Source: Felis catus
Taxonomy: Eukaryota
DNA length: 64,000 nt
Assembly: GCF_018350175.1 (NCBI RefSeq)
Contig: NC_058368.1
Coordinates: 68,946,001-69,010,000, forward strand
Direction: 5' to 3'
Below are positions 11,951-23,989 of this stretch, in pieces. The translations under genes were made by a program, and so were the position numbers. Under the pieces are notes generated by a model. The model saw only the letters and a list, made by a program, of their open reading frames with translations. It was not told the DNA's origin and did no database searches. Position 1 is the stretch's first letter; each line of letters opens with the position of its first letter.

Positions 11951-13955
11951 TGTTTTTTAATTGTTATAATCTATCAAAAAAACCAAAGTATTGAAAAAAT
12001 AACACATCTCTGTATCTGCTTCCATGCATTCACTCAGCAGTGGCTGTCACATTTTCTTAATCGTGGCCCTAAGAGATACATTTTACATTGTGACACAGCA
12101 CACATGCGCGTGCACAACATAAATATGTCTAACTAAAACCAGAGTTTCATGAAATAATAGTTAAATTTCCTATGTTGCTTGTAATATTTTTTCTACTTTA
12201 TTCTTTTTTATTTCATTGTTTTTAAATGTTCTTCTTGATCCACTCAATTGATCTCATCACACAGTTTGAAAAGGGCTATCCTAGAATGTCTGTCCTCCAA
12301 GAAAAAATAAATACAACGATCTCAGTAATAGTTTGAAGCAACATTTATCTTTTCTTCCTGCTTTCCCAGTTTCCAGCAGCCCTACATAAATGCTACAAAA
12401 ATGAAACACTTCCTAACCTGAGTTAGTAACATGCTAACCTCTGTTACAGAGAAAGATAAAGTTCAGACACTAAACAAAAAGATACATAAAGTCTGCCTTT
12501 TGAAGAACCATGTGTTTGTGCGTGTTAAAAACATGACATTTTTCTCATTTCTTGTGTAATTTTATTCATTCTGGTAAGGCAGGATAGCTCCTGCCTCATG
12601 AAGACTTAAGACAGAAAGAGATGCTGTAGTGACATTCAAACTGGAACGTGTCCAGGATGGTCCAGCTTTGCCACAGGCTGCTGAAGAAGCTTTGGAAAGT
12701 GATCTTTATAAGAGGTTTGCTGCCTCTGTCCAGGATGATATTGATTCAGCTCTCCCTGTGACAGTAAAAATAGATGAAGATGACCATAATTATATATATA
12801 TATCTTGATATCACTTAGGAGAAATGCCCAAGAGAAACATCATAAACCCTTACTTAAAACATTTAGGAGTGTTATCTCTCATGCTTTTCTAAGGAGCAAC
12901 CCTTACAAATTAATAATTCAAATGTGGAAATACCTCATCATGTTAATAATTCATTACATTTTCGTATTTTCTTCTCTATTAGGGATCTTTACAGCTTTCT
13001 GTAAATGAAATCTCAGGTGTTTTTTCTCTGCCCCGGGATGGAGAATTTTGTTGTTTTGTTCTAAACTCTAAATACATCCATCCTTAGATTTCCAGGGAAT
13101 ATAACAACTACCGTATATATGATAATTGCTCTAATTTGGCATTTTATTTTCTTATGCAAACTGATCTTATTTATAAATATGGTAAGTGTTAATCTGGTTA
13201 AAGCTGAGTTGCAGTACTTAGTCATGTAATTAGAGGCTAGTTAACATTATCTGCATCTCAACGGCCTTGTCTGTAATATGGGTACAATACTGATGAGGTA
13301 ATGAATGTAGTGTTTCTTTACATGGTAACCCTAAAATACCAGTAGTAAAGTTTTGCCGAAAATCACACAAATAGGAATGAAGTCTAAGTATTCATCTGAC
13401 TTTATAAAACAGTATACTGCCCCACGTTTTCTTCAGAGTTAGACTTGCCTTACCGTATCTAGATAGCTATATAGCTAATTTAGTATTGCATTTCCATTTT
13501 TTTCCCACTGCTTTCTCGTCTGGGTGTGAAGTCCTAGTACAGTATGTTATAGAAATTATAGCATAGACTCTGGGGGTTTTGTCTTTGCCTTCCAGTAGAG
13601 ACTGTGTTGGCTATAATTGGTGACAGTATGTTTTTGTGACTCACAAAGAATTGTGATGATTTTCAGTACATATATTTTAAGTACAAGGAACACATTACAA
13701 AAAGTGATGAGGCATATAGTAAGTATTTGTTAAATAACACTTCTTCTTGAAAATGTTGGTAATGGTAATAGACCTTTTTATGAATACCAGAAACTATTTA
13801 TGGGGTTAAAGATCATTTTAACACTCTTCAGTGGCCAGTTTAGATAGGTAGGTAGGTAGGGATAGGTAGTTTAGAGACCGAGAAATGTTGACCGAGCTTT
13901 TTAATAAATTGATTCCAGAAGTTTTATTTGTCTTTGCATAAAAGTCATCACTGTC

Positions 13956-14156
13956 GGGGCGCCTGGGTGGCTCAGTCGGTTAAGCGTCCGACTTCGGCTC
14001 AGCTCATGATCTCGCGGTTCGTGAGTTCGAGCCCCGCATTGGGCTCTGTGCTGACAGCTCAGAGCCTGGAGCCTGCTTCGGATTCTGTGTCTCCCTCTCT
14101 CTCTGGCCCTTCCTCTCTCTCTCAAAAATAAATAAACATTAAAAAAAATTTTTTTA
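13956..14156 (+). mobile_element. Can-SINE (felid type)
   Basis: CpG-rich young copy; TSD aaaagtcatcactgtc. Confidence 0.95.
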
Positions 14157-14745
14157 AAAAGTCATCACTGTCAACATTAAATACTATGCTTTAACCCACT
14201 TCATTTGCATAACATTGCCCTGCGCATTAAGCAAAATCAGTACAAGATAGTATCTGGCCTTCTGGTATGCCAGCATGTACTATAAATGAATATATATTTG
14301 ACAGTGTTGAGCTAATTACATATATAGAGAGAGGGACAAAATGCTTTTTAAAACAATTTGATTTCTAAGTTCCAAAATATTTTTCCACCAAAAAACATTG
14401 CTTTTACCAGGGCCTCCTTTTCTACGGACTTTTTTCATGCGTTGTAACTCATTGTAGAAATGAAAACTTTGCCTGTAAGAGTAATGCCAACGATTATATA
14501 TTTACTTCATGATGTTTAGTATATTTTGATCCTCCTTGGAAATGAAATCTTATTTTCTGTTTATATTTGGTTGTAAAATGGTTTGAGCAGAATTGTTATT
14601 TTAGAAAGCATTAGAAAAGTAAACTAATTTGTGGAAAATTAAGAACAGTGGATTAGCTAGTCTTCCGGGAAGATAGCTGGGGACTAGTTAAAGATACTAG
14701 TTGATTATCAAGGATAGTCGAACATAGATTAAGAAATGAAGAGTA

Positions 14746-14942
14746 GGGGCACCTGAGTGACTCAGTGGGTTGAGCATTCAGCTTCTGCTTGGGTCGTAAT
14801 CTCAGGGATCGTGGTTTCAAGCCCCACATCGGGCTCACTGCTGTCAGTGCAGAGCCTGCTTGGGATCCTCTGTCCCCTCTCTCTCTGCCCCTCCCCCGCT
14901 AATACTCGCTCTCTCTTAAAAATAAATAGCCATTAAAAAAAA
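14746..14942 (+). mobile_element. Can-SINE
   Basis: Head ggggcacctgagtgactcag, A tail, TSD aagaaatgaa. Confidence 0.92.
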
Positions 14943-16184
14943 AGAAATGAATAAGCTTTACCTTTGTATCTTTTTTGTCTTTGCATTTAGCAAAACTGAA
15001 ATATCCAAATACGGTGTATGTAAAATTATACTATCCAGAATGTCACCCCCACCTCCACTCAAATGACCCACATACACTCAAGACTGTTCTTTATCTGCTT
15101 TTGAACCAACACTCCAAACAAACACTGGCCATCAGTACTGTTGGTACCGTGGAGGGCTGGATGCCATGGCTCAGACAGATAGTTAAATACATGTATGCGC
15201 ACATGCTTCAGAGCTAACTGGAAATTGAGACAACTTTTGTTAGCATACTTTTGAAGAGCAAGAGATGAGGAAAGAATTTCTTCATGGTTAATTCAGTTTG
15301 TGCACAATTCTAAGGACACACAACTTCTTTTTCGGTGGTCTCACGCCGAGGAACAGTAACGTTTGCATAAACTCTGTCCTTGCTCTCAAATGGCCATTAA
15401 CCGGGTTCGGCGTGCTGCGGCCTTCAGTGAGGAAGGACCTGAGCTGCTGCGTGGGGCGCTGGATGGGAAGGATCCTCTGGCTGCGTTCGGGCTCGGCAGG
15501 GACCATGCCGTGGCCACCAGCAGCAGTTGCCCAGAGGAAAGCAGCCCTCATGGCACGTTTACACCCAGGCCTAACAAGTCAGCACCCCAGTCCCTGAGGT
15601 ACGTATCTTTGAAAGGCTACCCTTGATGACAGAAAACGCTTACTCCTAAGACCACCCTGAGCACGTCATCTGGTTTCGTTGAAAGAAACGCTTAGACGTT
15701 TATGGAAGAAGGGACTGTTTGGGGAAAGGAGATTGGGTCCATGGCTCTCATCAGCACATCCTGTTTAAATAATGAGTCTGGAAGCTTTTCTTTGTAGACC
15801 ATACTGATTGGCTTCTCACAATCCCTTATATCTTTTCCTTTGATTAAGTATCACTGCTTTGATCTGGTCCCCTTTCTCCAAAGGGGACTACCTGGACAGT
15901 TCAGGTGTCTGCCTGTGTCCATGGCACATTATTTACAGTACCCATTTCTATCTCAGAAGTGTCTCTGGGCAATAAATTATATGCCCATTCTACACTCTTA
16001 CCTCAAATTCCCTGTTTTTAGTATCATCACAGTTTGAATAGATGTTCATGATGTCTAGTCTATGTATAGAGTCTCTTCCTTTGACCTGGCCAACATCCTT
16101 TTGTACTGCATTTGTTAATTTGGATCAACAAATACTGATGACGTTTTATTCGGTTTTTAAAGATGACATCATTTTCTCTAAGCA

Positions 16185-16650
16185 TGCTGGATTAAAGATG
16201 GCTGCACATTCTTTGACACAACTCCCATTGAGAGGAGGATCCGTTTCCGTTCCCCATGAATCGGGGCTGGCCTGCGACTACTTTGACCAACAGAGTGTGG
16301 CCAAAGTGATGCTAAGCAAGTCTTGGGCCTAGTCACTAACAAGACTAAGCACCTTCCACCATGGTCATTGGAAGCCCTGAGCTGCCGTGCTGGAGAATGC
16401 ATGAAGAGGGCTGAGACTACAGTGGAGACTAGCCATGCCCACCAACATTCCAGGCCGGCGGTGAGGCCATCTTTGACCTTCCGCTCAGCCCAATCCTAAC
16501 CGAGCACCACTGAGTGAGCCCCAACAGAACTGCCCAGCTGAGCTCTGCCTAAATTCCTGAAATAATAGGAAAATGGTTATGTCAAGCCATTAAGTTTTGG
16601 AGCAGGTTTTTTGTTTGGTTTTTAAATGCCACAATAATTATCTGAAACAA
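16185..16650 (+). mobile_element. ERVL-MaLR (MLT1-like) solo LTR
   Basis: tgctggattaaagatggctgcacattctttgacac... and aagccattaagttttggagcagg...aataattatctgaaaca are typical MLT1 termini. Confidence 0.7.
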
Positions 16651-17379
16651 CAAAACATGTTTAGGGAAACATGTTATTTTAGAAGTTACTTTGATAGAAA
16701 AGCACTATCTTTCTCTGTGAAGGTCTTAAAATATTATTAAAGATAAACAATAAGTGAATGAATTGATGTTGTATCTTAACTCTTAAAAGATGGCAAGTTG
16801 ACGCGAGCACCTACCACCTGCCCTCACAGCGTACATGTCCTCACAGAGTACCTGCCCCGTGTCATTTTACTGTTCCCACCTACATACAATTAACTTTGAA
16901 GAGCAGATTTGATTGTATTAAGAATATAATGTATTAAAGTTTAGTTTCCGCAGAAAAATCTAAGCATAGGTTTATACCCTTTGACATAAATGTTAACAAG
17001 ACAAGTTTCTTTCATGTATTTATTTGGTGCTAAACTGCTTCCATTTTGATATCCAGCAGCTGACACTTAGGAAGTTTGCCGAATTAGTGAAGGTCCCTTC
17101 AGGTCATTACATTTCTGGATTTTGGCCTTCTTGCTCCCAAATATCTGGAGACCCCCCCCCCCCCGCATACCACCATGAATCATGTTAAGCATTTCAGTAT
17201 CTAATGCAAGGCATGATAAAGAACATAAAAGAAACTACTCTCAGTAGTATACATCCAAAAATGCTTTTTTCAGCCTGGTGATCCTGGATATGCTTGCATT
17301 GTTTCTGTGACATTTCCACCGTAGTCTACATGAAAAAGCTGTCATCTTGGAAGATCATCATTTCATTAACTCATTCCAT

Positions 17380-17594
17380 TTATTTTTTATTTTTATTTTT
17401 TTTCGCTTTTTATATTTTGAGAGAGAGCACGAGCAGGGGAGGGGCAGAGAGAGAGGGAGACACAGAATCTGAAGCAGGCTCCAGGCTCTGAGCTGTCAGC
17501 ACAGAGCCCGACACGGGGCTTGAACCCATGAACCATGAGATCATGCCCTGAGCCAAAGCCAGATGTTCAACCAGCTGAGCCACTCGGGTGCCCC
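17380..17594 (-). mobile_element. Can-SINE
   Basis: Reverse head and T tail; TSD taactca(t/c)t. Confidence 0.92.
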
Positions 17595-18983
17595 TAACTC
17601 ACTTTATTTTGTGTGTCTATAAGAGGATTGATTCCAGCACTGGAGGTAGAGCTATATGTAGGACGTTCATAGCCCTCGTCCTTCTGAGGCCCCTGATGTA
17701 ACTGCAAAGGTAGCACAGCTGGTGTAAAGCAGAAACAAGACTTTATCTCCTCACTCGGCCTAGAGTTTTGTTTTGTTTTCGATTTTCTTTCATTAACTTA
17801 CTAGAGCTTCAGAGCCATGGTTCATACTAACGACTTAGCGGTGTTTGGGGTGAGAAGGTGACCGGAGTAAGAAAAGAAACTTCGGTTTGGAGATTGTCAG
17901 CCTTTGATATTAGAAGGAGTAGTATTTATCCTGTTTTTTTCGAAAACCAAATGGTCTTCAGTAGACGGTTAGATTTGGCCGTCCTTGCCAGGCGAATGGG
18001 AGCCAGACACAGAGGAGGTAAGATACTATGTCTGACATTTTTTGTACATTTTTACAGATATATCACCACAATTAAGATTCTAGAACTGACTTACTGGCAG
18101 ATGGTTTGAGAGAACTTAGAAAAGAGTAATTAACATTTCTGTAGTATTTTACAGTATCCATAATACTTTAATGGCTAATTCATGTAAAGTGCTTAGTGCA
18201 GTGCCTGGCCCCTACTAAGCCGTCTACAGATGCTAGCTATTATTAGTAAAGTCACCACCATCGTGTTCCTCAACATAATTCCTAAGTATCGTTAAAATTT
18301 CTGTCACAAATAAGGAACCTGCAGCTCAGAAAGGTCACATGACATCCAAGGGAGCAGAGCTCGGCTTTTTCTAGTTACCTGAAACCCAAATCCAGTTCTC
18401 TCTCCCTTCTAATGCACTCCATGAGGGTTTTAGCCATTGACCAAATTGCAGTTGACCTTGACTCTTAGCCTAGGGATAAGCTTTGTCTAGTCAAGTGGCT
18501 TGGGGGGATGGGGAGAAAACTGTGCAGTGTTTTAAGATAATAGTTGTGGGAGTGGCATATAGGATAGAGTACAGAGGTGAAGAATTGGAGGTGGGACCAG
18601 TTAGGAAGCGGTTACTTAGCTCAGGAATGAGTTATTTTGGAAATGGAAGGGTTTCTATAGCAGGAATGTAAATGAAGGGACAGATTGTCTCACGTCCAAT
18701 AATCCTTGCTCTCCTCATCCTCTGTAATCACCAGACTAGACCTACTACAGCCCCTCATCCCAAACCTGATGACTATTAAAGACTGTTGAAGATGTTTTTT
18801 GCTTACCAGCCATTCTCCCTTGCTGGCTCCCACAGAGACTTCTTAGAATGGTTTATAACTTCTTTTACTTCAGGGTTGGTTTGAATTCTGTCACAGTATC
18901 TGTAGCTCTTCATTTCCAATGGTTGCTGTCGGGCACCATAATCTCCACCAATGGTGATAGTTTCCAGCTCCTTCATTGTGCAA

Positions 18984-19199
18984 TTTTTTAATGTTTATTT
19001 ATTTTTGAGAAGGAGACAGAGCGCGAGCAGGGGAAGGGCAGAGAGAGACGGAGAGGGAGAGGTACAGTGCGAAGCAGGCCTCAGGCTCCTGGTTGTCAGC
19101 CCAGAGCACAGTGCAGGGCCCGATCCCACGAACCATGGGATCGTGACCTGAAAGAAATCAAGAGTTGGATGCTTAACTGACTGAGCCACCCAGGTGTTT
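18984..19199 (-). mobile_element. Can-SINE
   Basis: Reverse-orientation body and head (...ctgagccacccaggtg). Confidence 0.9.
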
Positions 19200-19926
19200 C
19201 TGGTGCTGTTTGTATTGTAATTTGGAAAGTAAGAAATATTTTAGTATCTTACTACAATAGTGGAACAGTCTCCCAAGGCAAATATTCTTTTATTCATAAT
19301 TTAAAAGTTCCTAAAAAGTTTTAGCTCTTCATAGCTTTGCTGCATCTTTAAATCGTCTCCATTCGGAGAGATGGCTTCTGAAAAGTATTTGTAATTGAAC
19401 TTTAACTGTGTACCAGCTACAGAGGAATTCTCATTCATAAACATTTTCACCAGAAATTCTAAAATGAAGAAGTGTCGAGAAGACGTATTCCATAACTTAA
19501 TAAACGGAGAGTTAGGTAACCGTTCAGACAACCTGCATGTGCCTGAGCAGCCGACTCAGTGTAGTCTTCTCAAGAATAAGAGCGGGACCTGTTTTGTGAT
19601 GCACAGGTTTCGGATTTCAACTCTCACTAAAGGTAAAATGCACGTTTTATGTCTGGACACATTTGTTCCTTTGATAGATGAAAGCTGTGTGTTCTTCATT
19701 TATGTGTCTCAACGTGAACTTTCCCTGCTATTTAAATTATGTAGGAAGACCCATACTTTGTTGACAGATTTTTAAAACGATAGATTTTGATTTGGTAGAC
19801 TGAATATACATTAAAACACACACTAAAATTTAGCTACACATTAAAGTATCAAATACAGAGCAACAACTGCTTTCTAATACCTTATTTTGGGTATCTTGGA
19901 TATTACGCTTTAAAAAAAAAAAATAA

Positions 19927-20146
19927 GGCGCCTTGGTGGCTCAGTCAGTTAAGTGACTGACTTTGACTTAGGTCATGATCTCACGGTTAATGGGTTCGAG
20001 CCCCGCATTGGGCTCTGTGCTGGCAGCTCGGAGCCTGGAGCCTGCCTCAGATTGTGTGTCTCCCTCTCTTTTTGCCCCTCCCCTGCTTGTGATCTGTCTG
20101 TCTGTCTCTGTCTCTCTCAAATATAAATAAACATAAATTTTTTTTT
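19927..20146 (+). mobile_element. Can-SINE
   Basis: ggcgccttggtggctcagtcagttaag head; TSD aaataag. Confidence 0.92.
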
Positions 20147-20719
20147 AAATAAGAGAATCAACTGGTTTATTCAGATAATTTTTTGCATATGTAAGTGACA
20201 AGGTTTTAGGCTTCTAGTTGTGAACACTTACACACATTCCTGGGGTAGAAGATGCCCACTTCTAATAAATAAAAAGCCAGATTAAATGTAGTCATCAAGA
20301 TTTTTTTTTCTTTCTAACATAGGTATTTGAAGTACTGTGGTATCTTGATATGCCCAAAAAGAACTAAGGTTAGATGGATCCAATTTATAAATCTGAGAGT
20401 GAAGAAAATGTTCAAAATTATCATTTTTATTTCCAGTGACGTGCTCTTTAGTATTAGCATTCCTTACGCTTTCAGTCCTCAGGCAATTTTGAATATAAAT
20501 TAAACAGCACAGAACTTGGACAGAAATGTAAAATTGATTAGCAGTGTTCAGCTGAGTAATAAACTAACTGATCGACTGAATCCTGCACTTTCTGTGACTG
20601 AAAAACCCCGTAGCCAACATGCATGCTCGCTCAATTTGTCCTGAAGGTTATTTTCTGTTCCAATTTTAATGAGGAAATCATTTAGATAATTATCTTCTTT
20701 ATTGATTTTTTTTCTGTTT

Positions 20720-21880
20720 CAATTTATTATTTTTTTTTTATTGAAGTATCACTTCTGTGCAGTAAAGTGCATACATCTTAGATGTCCAGCTAGATGCCTC
20801 TCCCGTATAGTCAAATCCTGGATGAACATCCAGGACACAAATTTCGAGCAGCACAGCGGTTTCCCTTGTGTCCCACCCTGTCACTGCAGGTCCAAAGACC
20901 AGCACAATCAGTCACGTCTGTTCCTGGGCTCCTGGCTTCTGTTGTTCCAGGTACCCTTCGTGAGATTCATCTATGCTGCTGGTAGCAGGAGCTAATTCTT
21001 TCCTAAGCCGCAGTAGTTCCCCTCGTATGGACGTACCACGATTCCGTCATCTCTTCTGGGGGTGGGTTGGGGCTGTTACCATTACCATTAACGCTACTGT
21101 GAACATTCTAGTACGTATCTGGGGTTGCACGCATGTACACTTTCTCTTGGGGGTATACCTCGGAATGGGATTACTGGGTACGAATGCATATTTGCAGCAT
21201 GAGTAAATACTGCCAAATGATTTTCCAAAGTATTTGTACCAACTTAATCTTGCGCTCACATTGTCAGTCGTCTTAATCTTAGCTAACCTGGGAAGATTCC
21301 CATGGTGCCTCGTTGTGAGTTTAGTTTTTGTTTCCCTGGTGTGTAATGGTGTTGAGCGCCTTTTCACTTGCTTCATGATGATTTGGGTGTCTTCTAAGAA
21401 ATACCTACTCCAGTGCTTTGTCCATTTAAAAATTGTATTGTTTTCTTCTCTTTTGTAGAAGTCCTTTATACATTCTGGATAGAAGTCCTGTGTTAGATAC
21501 ATGTATTGCAAATACCTTTTCCCAATTTTTGGCTTACCTTTTCACTTGCTTAATAGTTTCTTTACATGAGCATAAATTCTTAACTTTAGGGGCGCCTGGG
21601 TGGCTCAGTCGGTTAAGCGTCTGACTTCAGCTCAGGTCACGATCTCGCAGTCCGTGGGTTCGAGCCCCGCGTCGGGCTCTGGGTTGATGGCTCAGAGCCT
21701 GGAGCCTGCTTCCGATTCTGTGTCTCCCTCTCTATCTGCCCCTCCCCCGTTCATGCTCTGTCTCTCTCTGTCTCAAAAATAAATAAACGTTAAAAAAAAA
21801 TAATTTAAAAAAAAATTCTTAATTTTAATGAAGCCCAGTTTATTAACCTTTCCTTTTTTGGTTAGTTCTTTTTTCGTATC
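20720..21880 (-). mobile_element. Old LINE-1 3' fragment interrupted by a SINE
   Basis: Minus ORF 21047-21511 resembles L1 ORF2 C-terminus (FKWTKHWSRYF...PIPRYTPK...RMFTVAL). Confidence 0.8.
21589..21812 (+). mobile_element. Can-SINE (young, felid type) inserted in L1
   Basis: CpG-rich full copy; TSD aaattcttaa(c/t)ttta. Confidence 0.95.
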
Positions 21881-23347
21881 CTATTTAATGTATTTTTAAG
21901 ACTTTTAAGACTTCATTAAAGCAATAATTTAGAAGGAGCTTTAAAAATAGTACACTTACAGTGTTGCATGATTATCATTCACAGATTTTCAGAAGTAAAC
22001 AAAATGTCCAACTGGTAAGAGTTGAAGGCTAAAATATCATTCTCTTTTTATTAATAGTAAGTTGAGAGTATATGGGAAGACCTTTAATAAGGTAAAATTT
22101 GAGTGGCAAATGATTGTTACCTTACCCAGTAAGATAACATGTCACATATGGAAAAAACATACAGGCCTTTAAAGAGACTCCCAGGTATAATCAGTGAAGG
22201 ATGGGTGGAAATCTAGAGTAATATTAATAGAAACATGAAGTGAATAACCTGAGTAGGATATTTTAAAAATAAAAATTTTGTAGGAAAAGGAAGTAGCCAG
22301 TTCTATGGGAAAATCATCATTTTGTGAACTCTACGCTAAGAGGAGGTGGTCTTTAATGCTCATTAAGAACTCCATGATATACCAGAATCTTCTTTGTAAG
22401 AAGTAGTGATTTGGATAGCCAGGATCATTTTAAACACGATCACAGTGAAAGTGTATTAGAAACAGGGTAATAGAAGGCATATGGTAGTTCCCTTTGTGGT
22501 CTTATATTCTTAGTCATACGATAAAACTATACTTATAAAAACAATAGTTTACCTATGAATCATTTCTGATTTCTCTTTTTTTGTCAAAACCACTACCTGC
22601 TCTGTGTCTTTCAACCAGCCCTTAGTATGTCTTGTTGGTGCAATTTCCAAATATATTTTATGTCTTTTTTTTTTTTTTTCTACTGCCATTGCCATCATCC
22701 CAGTTCAAGTCCTTGCTGTCTCCTGCCTAGACCACTTCAGGTGTCTTTTATCTTCCTGCTACTTTTGTGACCCTAAAATCCATTTTCTGTATGTTAGCCA
22801 CACTGATCTCTTAACACATACGCCATGTAACTTCCCTGCCGAAAGTCCTTCAGTAGCTTTCTCCTCTTTCTCTTGTCCTTAGAATAGTAGCCATCGGTCC
22901 TCTTCATCCCTCATGCTCTTCTCTCCCCTTGCTCTTTATGATGTAACCATGCTAGTCTCCTTTTTGTTCCTTGAATAAGCCTACTACTTTCCTACTGCCT
23001 ATCTTTCAAATCTTCTTCTGCCTAAAAGGTTTCATTCCTGGTTTTTCCCATGGCTCATTCAACTCTCAATCCTCAAGCTTGTGCTTAGATTTCATCTCCT
23101 GGAAATGCCTTCTTTGATCACCCAGTGTAATTAATATTGGCCTACGCAGGTTATTACATAGTAATATCGATTTTCTTTGTAACAGCCATCACAGTCTTTC
23201 GTTATATTGTCTGTTTGTGTACAGCGTTTCCTCCAATTTTTGAATGTAAACTTCAGGGACTTCATTTGTCGTATATCTCCAGTGCCTCACACAATGCCTA
23301 GTGGGTACTCAAGAGATGTATTCATGAAAACCTATGCACCCCAAGTT

Positions 23348-23543
23348 CTTTTTTTTAATGTTTTATTCATTTTTGAGAGAGAGAGCTTAAGCATGGGAGG
23401 GGCAGAGAGAAGGGGACAGAGGATCCAAAGCAGACTCTATGCTGACAGCAGTGAGCCCATTGCGGGGCTCAAACTCACCAACTGTGAAAGCATGACCTGA
23501 GCTAAAGTCAGATGCTCAACAAAGAGAGACCACCCAGCACTCC
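23348..23543 (-). mobile_element. Can-SINE
   Basis: Reverse body; flanks share cctatgc. Confidence 0.88.
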
Positions 23544-23674
23544 TATGCTCAATATAAAATGAAAATGAGAGTTCAGACAACCGAACTAATTTGTTACAAA
23601 AGTAAGGGAAGATTTTAAAAGAGATGAAATTTGACCTGAGCTTTGAATGGCAGTTAGAATTTGACTGGTAGGAA

Positions 23675-23758
23675 GTAATGAATCACTAAATTCTACACCT
23701 GAAACTCATATTACACTGTATGTTAACTAATTGGAATTTAAATAAAACCTTGAAAATA
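23675..23758 (+). mobile_element. Very short 5'-truncated carnivore L1 3' end
   Basis: gaatcactaaattctacacctgaaactcatattacactgtatgttaac...aataaaa; flanks share ttga(c/t)tggt. Confidence 0.75.
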
Positions 23759-23989
23759 ACTTGATTGGTGAGGACCACTATAGTTAGACGACCACCATGA
23801 ACAAGGAGACAGAATTAAGAGCAGAAGATTCTCTTTGGAAAGTTGTAGGAAATAAGGTTGAATTAGATATGAAGGGCAAGAGTTTGGATAGCTGAAGAAC
23901 TAAACGGAAAAGTTTATATATGACGTGGTTAACAGTGGAAAGCTGTTGTCAGCCCCTGAGTAGGGGAGCATGGATGACATCATGTAAGT

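Noticed and set aside
15363..15626. Plus-strand ORF MAINRVRRAAAFSEEGPELL... with a possible donor at 15599, faintly Myb/SANT-like
   Set aside because: Lacks the conserved Trp residues; better explained as a GC-rich island overlapping the minus-strand cysteine cluster.
19395..19775. 126-aa plus-strand ORF (likewise 29999-30406)
   Set aside because: No recognisable motif; they overlap the minus-strand SEA-like relics, which have better splice signals.
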